Below, piece by piece: positions 58,581 to 64,000 of a DNA stretch of 64,000 nt (its first letter is position 1; every line of letters begins with the position of its first letter). A program made the position numbers and the translations under genes. Origin of the DNA: Schmidtea polychroa (lineage: Eukaryota); contig CM097885.1 in NCBI GenBank assembly GCA_044892525.1, forward strand, positions 20,152,001 to 20,216,000, given 5' to 3'. Under the pieces are notes generated by a model. It ran no database searches. It saw nothing but the letters and a program-made list of their open reading frames with translations, and was not told the DNA's origin.

Positions 58581-59880
58581 AACTATAATTTTACAATCCC
58601 ATGTTTTAGAATTATAAATTTATGTTTTATAATTTATACTTTGATAATTTTCGATTTATAATTTAAAATTTTTCAATTTAGGGATTTACAATCTTGTAAT
58701 TTATAATTATAATTTCATATTTTGAAATTTATACATTCATATTTTATAAGTTATAATTGCTTAACTTATAATTTCTAAGTTTATAATCTGAAATTTATAC
58801 TTTTGTAATTCGTATTTTCGTACTTTATAATTTGAAATTTTTAGTCGACGGAATATACTTCTTACAACTTCCTTTCTATGATCAACATTGTTTTCCGCAG
58901 TACTTACAGATTTCCTGGTCCTATTTGTGGATTAAACTTCAGGGTTCTAGCGCGTCTATCGCCTATTACTATCTCTGATCAGACTTTCTCCATTAACACT
59001 TTACATTTTCAGGATCGACGTGATTTGTACCTAGCTATCGTAATTATTTATAACTTATAGTTTTATGGTTAACAACAAGAATATTACAACTAAGAGCCTA
59101 CACATTTACAAACCTTTTAAAGTGGGAACTAGATTTAAAATGTCTATCTTTACTCGGAATCAGCATATCTAGGCCAAGTTATACCTGTACGTATGCCGAA
59201 TATCTCTCTTATTTCTATTACTTTATCAAAGATCCTTACTACAAAATCTAGTTCGGCATATGTCTAAGCATAATTGAAATTACCATTATGAATCAACTAG
59301 CTACATTAATGTGAGTGTAGAATTGTGTAATTTTAGGTACGAGCTCTACTCAAATTAGAACCTTAGTGTAGAGTTATTGTTCAGGATTTTAAGTGTTGAG
59401 TTTAATTGTATATTACGCAATGAGTCGGGAAGAATATTGCTTCCATGGCCCCACTGTGACCACGTCCACAAACCTTAGTGTTGTGTGCTAAGTCAACCAT
59501 TTACGGCTGACCTTAAATAAATACGAAGAGTCAGGCGGAGGGTTTCCTCGACCTAACTCCATGGCAGGACCATGAAGTAGTTCGACCTCCGGCTGACCCG
59601 AACAAAAAGAAATCATATAATAAATATCACTATAATAATGATAATGCGTGTCTGCATGTCCTGTTAATAACGATTTTAATAAATTGGATGCAGGACTGAA
59701 CAACGACGCAGGAATACCAGTACGCCGTTGATCACTCATACATCGCAAAAAAAAAATTTAAGCAAAAATAAATTTAAAATACCATCTATATAATTAAACA
59801 ATTAATATACAAATAAAGATCAATGCTTACTATCGATTTTGGAAATTTCGTCACAAAAATTTGGCATAAAAGTGATTGAT

Positions 59881-60523
59881 TGTGACTGAAACGTGTCAGT
59901 ATATATACCTATTTAGTACACGTGTATGTATTGATGCATTAAAACAAACTCGAATTCTTTTTATTCCAGAATTTTCTATTTTACGATTTTGCTATTTTTA
60001 ATGGCAATTTTTTGTGCCATAATTTTTGTTTTTATTTTTATATTTTTATTTTTTAATTATTTTTCATTAATTTTACGTCCATGATGGATTTGGAACGGTT
60101 CCAGAACATTCTATTTTACTTTTAATTTAATTTTTATTTTAACTGATGTTTTTATGAATTCTTTTTGAGATTTTTTTATTTTTAATACTAATTCATTTAT
60201 TTTCCTTAACTTTTGTTGTTCTAGATGACTTTTGTGATGGTCATCGCCATTTTATAGAATGTTCTGGGTTTTTCTGGAATTTTTTACTATTTTTATCGTC
60301 TTTTCAGTTATTCGAGTTTGCTTTTGGTAATTCTATGTTTGTTTGATTATTTTTGAGTTAGGTTTTTGCATCACTTCTTGCTTCTGTATAATTTTATTTA
60401 ATTTCTTTGTTTATGTTTTTGTTGCTTTCTCCTTTAGTTAATATTGTTTATTTGGTGTGTATTTTAATATTTAACTATACTTTTTGCTTTTTACATGTTG
60501 TGTACCTGCACGTTTCAGTCACA
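59881..60523. mobile_element. 643-bp T-rich element with 15-bp terminal inverted repeats (TG...CA); solo LTR or MITE
   Basis: TGTGACTGAAACGTG / CACGTTTCAGTCACA; internal similarity to ~49160-49520; no clear TSD. Confidence 0.55.
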
Positions 60524-60921
60524 ATTAGTAGTTTGGGTCTAGAAATCAGTTCTAGCCCAACATAAAACACTCGGGGGCCCATAAAATTGCGACCCGCAAT
60601 TTAAATCCAAAGATGAATAAGATTAATTTTCAGAATACTTGCACTATATTACAAGTGCCTACATGCAAATTGGGTCCACGAGCTACAGGGTCGTGACCTC
60701 AATACCCACATACATAAAAATGCTACTATTACACTACATTTTACAGATGGGTTGAAAGATGAAGGAAAAGAACGACCGATGTCGGCCCACATAAAAATAA
60801 CATTATCATGCTCAAGAATCAGTGTCATTAATCGTAGTCTCAGTCTTTGAAATCCATTGTTCGATCAGGATGATTTATCGTTTATAATGTCGTGAAATGT
60901 TTTTACTGTCATGATGTCACA

Positions 60922-61908
60922 CTAATAGAATTCTGTTGTTCGGGATCTCGTCTCGATGACGGCTCTGGTTTCGATGTTTGGGGAAGATTTGAAGTATCTT
61001 GGTTGGTTCGTTGTTTGGATTAGCTGTTCTTCCATTGGGATATGAATATTCTTTGATTGTTCTTTTAGTTTGAGGGTTTTGTTTCTTGCTTTACTGGAAT
61101 TGGGTTTGAGTGCAATCAGGCTCAGTACGGTAATGTTTATCATTAGGCTTGCCGCTAATAGGATCAATATTGTGAGAGATTCAGACTCTCTCGGTTCTAT
61201 TACTTTGGGTTTGTTCATAATTTCTTTTAATTGGGTTGTATCCGCCGTTTCTGATTTTTCGGGCTTATTGAATTTGTTTTCTTCTGAGGTGACAACTTTC
61301 TTTATTGCCTCAAGGGTTTTAATCATCTTCTCGGAGTTCGTTGGGTTTTTGTTTATGGTAGTTAGGATTTCCCTTGTCATTTCTTTCAAGGTTTTCGTTA
61401 CCTCATTTTTAATGCTGGGTTCCTCTTTGATGATGGAAGTTATTTTTCCTTTCATTTCCTCCAAAGATTTTACTACTGTTTCGCAATTGCTTGATCGTCC
61501 ATAGGCGGTTGCTGTTACCTGTTGTTTTATTTCCTCTAATATTATTACCATCATTCTCATTGCGGCTGGATCTGTTTGGGATTCTCTCTTTGATTTCTGA
61601 CTTTGACATTGTTTGGCTAATGTTGCTATCTGGGTTCTGATAACTTTCATTTCTTGTTCTAGCATTGTTTTTATTGTCTGAGCCATTTGCACTTCCGTCG
61701 AACTTTCAGTTGTTTGTGGACATTGCGAACATTGTAACTTGATTTGTTCGCATTCCTCATTGGGTTTTTCGCAGATCGATTTAAAGCTACTACATGTACT
61801 ATCTTCTCTGCGATATGGGTATTCTTTCTGGCATCTGATCATTGATTCTTCTGCTTGCAGGATTCTTGGCATTGTCATTATAATCATCATCACGATTAGG
61901 CTTCTCAT
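60922..61908 (-). CDS. Orphan type I membrane protein (signal peptide, Cys-rich head, helical repeats, TM, tail)
   Basis: Intact 328-aa intronless ORF; hydrophobic N-terminus and LTILILLAASLMINITVLSLIAL. Confidence 0.75.
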   Translation of the reverse strand: MRSLIVMMIIMTMPRILQAEESMIRCQKEYPYRREDSTCSSFKSICEKPNEECEQIKLQCSQCPQTTESSTEVQMAQTIKTMLEQEMKVIRTQIATLAKQCQSQKSKRESQTDPAAMRMMVIILEEIKQQVTATAYGRSSNCETVVKSLEEMKGKITSIIKEEPSIKNEVTKTLKEMTREILTTINKNPTNSEKMIKTLEAIKKVVTSEENKFNKPEKSETADTTQLKEIMNKPKVIEPRESESLTILILLAASLMINITVLSLIALKPNSSKARNKTLKLKEQSKNIHIPMEEQLIQTTNQPRYFKSSPNIETRAVIETRSRTTEFY

Positions 61909-61984
61909 CTTTACATATACATATACGTTAATAATAATTACTTGGCTTTATTTACAATTTATTTACACGGTTATTTTGTCTCAT

Positions 61985-62770
61985 TTATTGGGAGCCACCG
62001 ACCTCATCCCTTAATTTTACGGGAGGTTCGGGTGCTCGTCTTTTGCTCAACTCGTTCATTCTTATTATTTCGAGTTGCGTTGCTATCAACTGTCTCTTTA
62101 ATTCTGGTATTTCTTGTAATTGCTTCTCTTTACTTTTCCATTTTCTCTGCTTGATGGTTATTGCCGTCTGCAATGCTTGCATGCTTCGTCGTTTTTGATT
62201 TAAGATTCTCCGGTAATTTTCTTTCAACTTCCATTGTTTTTCTGTTTCCTCTCTTTGTTCCTTGATCTCTTCCTTGAGTTTTACATTTCTCTTCTCGACT
62301 TTTTTACTTTCTCGCACTCTTGTTTTTGCATAAGCATATTGTGCTTCTAACTGCTCGATATAGACTTGGTCGATATTCACAATCTTTTTCAACTTCCTTG
62401 TTTCTGATTTCCAATAATCTTCGATTACTGCCTGAGCTCTCAACTCTACTATCTCTTGTCTCAGGTTTTTATTTTCTGTCTCTTTTCGTTTCGATTCCTT
62501 TATTTCCCTCAAAATTTCTTGCTTGACAGTGTTTATTAATCGTCTTGATTGAACAATATGCTGCCTCAATCTCGTAATCTCTACATTTTGATTTGCAATC
62601 TTTAATTTGAACAACTTCTTGCTGACTCTCCATTTATTGCTATAATATTTCATCGGTTCTTGTTTGATTGGTATCATATCCTGGTTTTGTTCAGGTTGGT
62701 CGTTTGACTTTCCTTCGTTACTCGTTGATTCTCTTTCTTTTAAATAATTCATATCTACAAAAATATACAT
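61985..62770 (-). CDS. Orphan basic coiled-coil protein
   Basis: Intact 261-aa K/E/R/Q-rich ORF. Confidence 0.7.
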   Translation of the reverse strand: MYIFVDMNYLKERESTSNEGKSNDQPEQNQDMIPIKQEPMKYYSNKWRVSKKLFKLKIANQNVEITRLRQHIVQSRRLINTVKQEILREIKESKRKETENKNLRQEIVELRAQAVIEDYWKSETRKLKKIVNIDQVYIEQLEAQYAYAKTRVRESKKVEKRNVKLKEEIKEQREETEKQWKLKENYRRILNQKRRSMQALQTAITIKQRKWKSKEKQLQEIPELKRQLIATQLEIIRMNELSKRRAPEPPVKLRDEVGGSQ

Positions 62771-62835
62771 ATCATATTTCCTTTTGTCTTCTTTTTATTC
62801 TGAATTTTTTGGTTTTGTAATTTTTATTTGGTTTT

Positions 62836-62837
<2 letters not shown>

Positions 62838-62901
<64 letters not shown>
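62838..62901 (-). repeat. 64-nt poly(A) tract (minus strand)
   Basis: Read directly. Confidence 0.95.
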
Positions 62902-62933
62902 CATTCTTATTTACAGGCAACATCTCCCTTCGA

Positions 62934-63998
62934 CTAAATCCATGTTGCGTTATTTTGTTCGTTATTTTCATCGAAGCCTTCATCTGTGGTGACTTCGGCA
63001 GGCTGTGGCACTTGCAACGGGAACGGGTAGAGTGGCATTAATAATATTGGTGGTTGTCTCCTTAACCGATCTATTTCCTCTCGTAGTTCCGTTGAGATGT
63101 TTATTTCCTCATCCAATAAAAACGTTAATCTACCTTCGTTTTCTATCCTTTCGTTTAATTCCTCTTCCAATCGTTGGGTTCTTTCGAGCGTTTTTAGTTT
63201 TTCAATTTCCGCTCTCAAATTTGCTTCATTTTCTTCGAAGCATCGTTTTATTATCTCGGTTTCCTGTTTGGTTTGTTGAATTGTCTTGTCGCACTCCTCT
63301 CTATATTTCGCATTAAGCTCAATCTGGTGCTTCCAATTCACATCCCTTTGGGTGTACATACCTTTATATCCGTTCATCTCTTGATTGGCTTCTTCCACTT
63401 CGGTTTGTAATTGTCGGATCTGTCGATCTTGGTCTGTCAATTGTTGTTCCCATCTCTTTTCCTGGAATTCATACCTTCTTATTTCTCGAGTCTGTTTCTT
63501 TATGATTCTCTGTCTACCGTCGCTGATCCGCGTCTTGATTCTATGTTCTCTACTCAATCGGCTGATCTCATCTTTTTGGTTTTCTATCGTTTCCCATATT
63601 TTAAATTCGTCTCTTTCCATCAGTTTTATTGGTAACTGTCTTAACTCCTCTTTGGTCTCTTTCCAATTCTTTTTCCATTTTCGGGCTTGATGCTTGAGAC
63701 ACTTTTCGGTTTCCTCAGTTTTTTGCTGTCGTTTTCTCCACTCTACTTCCTCTTCTTCTCGCTGTGCAGCTCTTGTTTCGTAAAATTCTTGGTCTGCTTT
63801 TCGTAATCGCAGTTGTTCCTTGCTACTGATTTTCCAATAGAGTACTTGAGTTTGACTTCCTAGGTATTTATACTTCCATTTCTGGGCTTGTATCTTTATT
63901 TGTGTGTTAATTCGCTCTAATACGTTATCTCTAACAATTGGTTCTCTATGCGGTGTTCTCCTCCCTTGCCCTCTGACTTCGTTTAGGGTCTTTTTGCA
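62934..63998 (-). CDS. Orphan coiled-coil protein, 5'-partial (frame open to the window edge, >350 aa)
   Basis: Manual translation upstream of 63620 has no stop (CKKTLNEVRG...QARKWKKNWKETKEELRQLPIKLMERD...). Confidence 0.75.
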   Translation of the reverse strand, partial: CKKTLNEVRGQGRRTPHREPIVRDNVLERINTQIKIQAQKWKYKYLGSQTQVLYWKISSKEQLRLRKADQEFYETRAAQREEEEVEWRKRQQKTEETEKCLKHQARKWKKNWKETKEELRQLPIKLMERDEFKIWETIENQKDEISRLSREHRIKTRISDGRQRIIKKQTREIRRYEFQEKRWEQQLTDQDRQIRQLQTEVEEANQEMNGYKGMYTQRDVNWKHQIELNAKYREECDKTIQQTKQETEIIKRCFEENEANLRAEIEKLKTLERTQRLEEELNERIENEGRLTFLLDEEINISTELREEIDRLRRQPPILLMPLYPFPLQVPQPAEVTTDEGFDENNEQNNATWI

Positions 63999-64000
63999 TC

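Noticed and set aside
62795..63041. Poly-K/poly-F ORFs, and AAGGGAGA-TGTTG as a PPT/LTR start
   Set aside because: The ORFs derive from the homopolymer; no second LTR or pol is in the window to support a PPT

Overview
AT-rich eukaryotic (metazoan) genomic DNA with ~50-nt minimal introns and long (AAT)n tracts. A triclad flatworm host is plausible but not provable from the sequence. There are three zones. (1) 1-7974: the right arm of a decaying Polinton/Maverick (adintovirus-like) element. It carries an adenain protease, major and minor capsid genes, integrase, packaging ATPase and membrane-active core proteins, plus an unexpected TBP-like gene. Two of the viral genes appear to contain tiny spliceosomal introns, and there is a relic of a second penton paralog. 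(2) 12669-48127 (minus): a complete 14-exon Na+/Ca2+ exchanger (SLC8/NCX, ~881 aa; all exon phases consistent). Its introns hold two Gypsy elements, a solo LTR, piggyBac, hAT, pogo/Tigger, mariner and Penelope remnants, and a family of minimal hammerhead-ribozyme motifs. (3) ~54200-64000 (minus): a cluster of orphan ORFs. It includes a duplicated two-gene module (W-rich/AT-hook protein plus coiled-coil protein), each copy followed by a strongly covarying ~170-nt RNA structure, then a type I membrane protein and coiled-coil ORFs. This looks like the accessory arm of a large unidentified mobile element or virus. All calls come from reading the sequence; no database searches were run.
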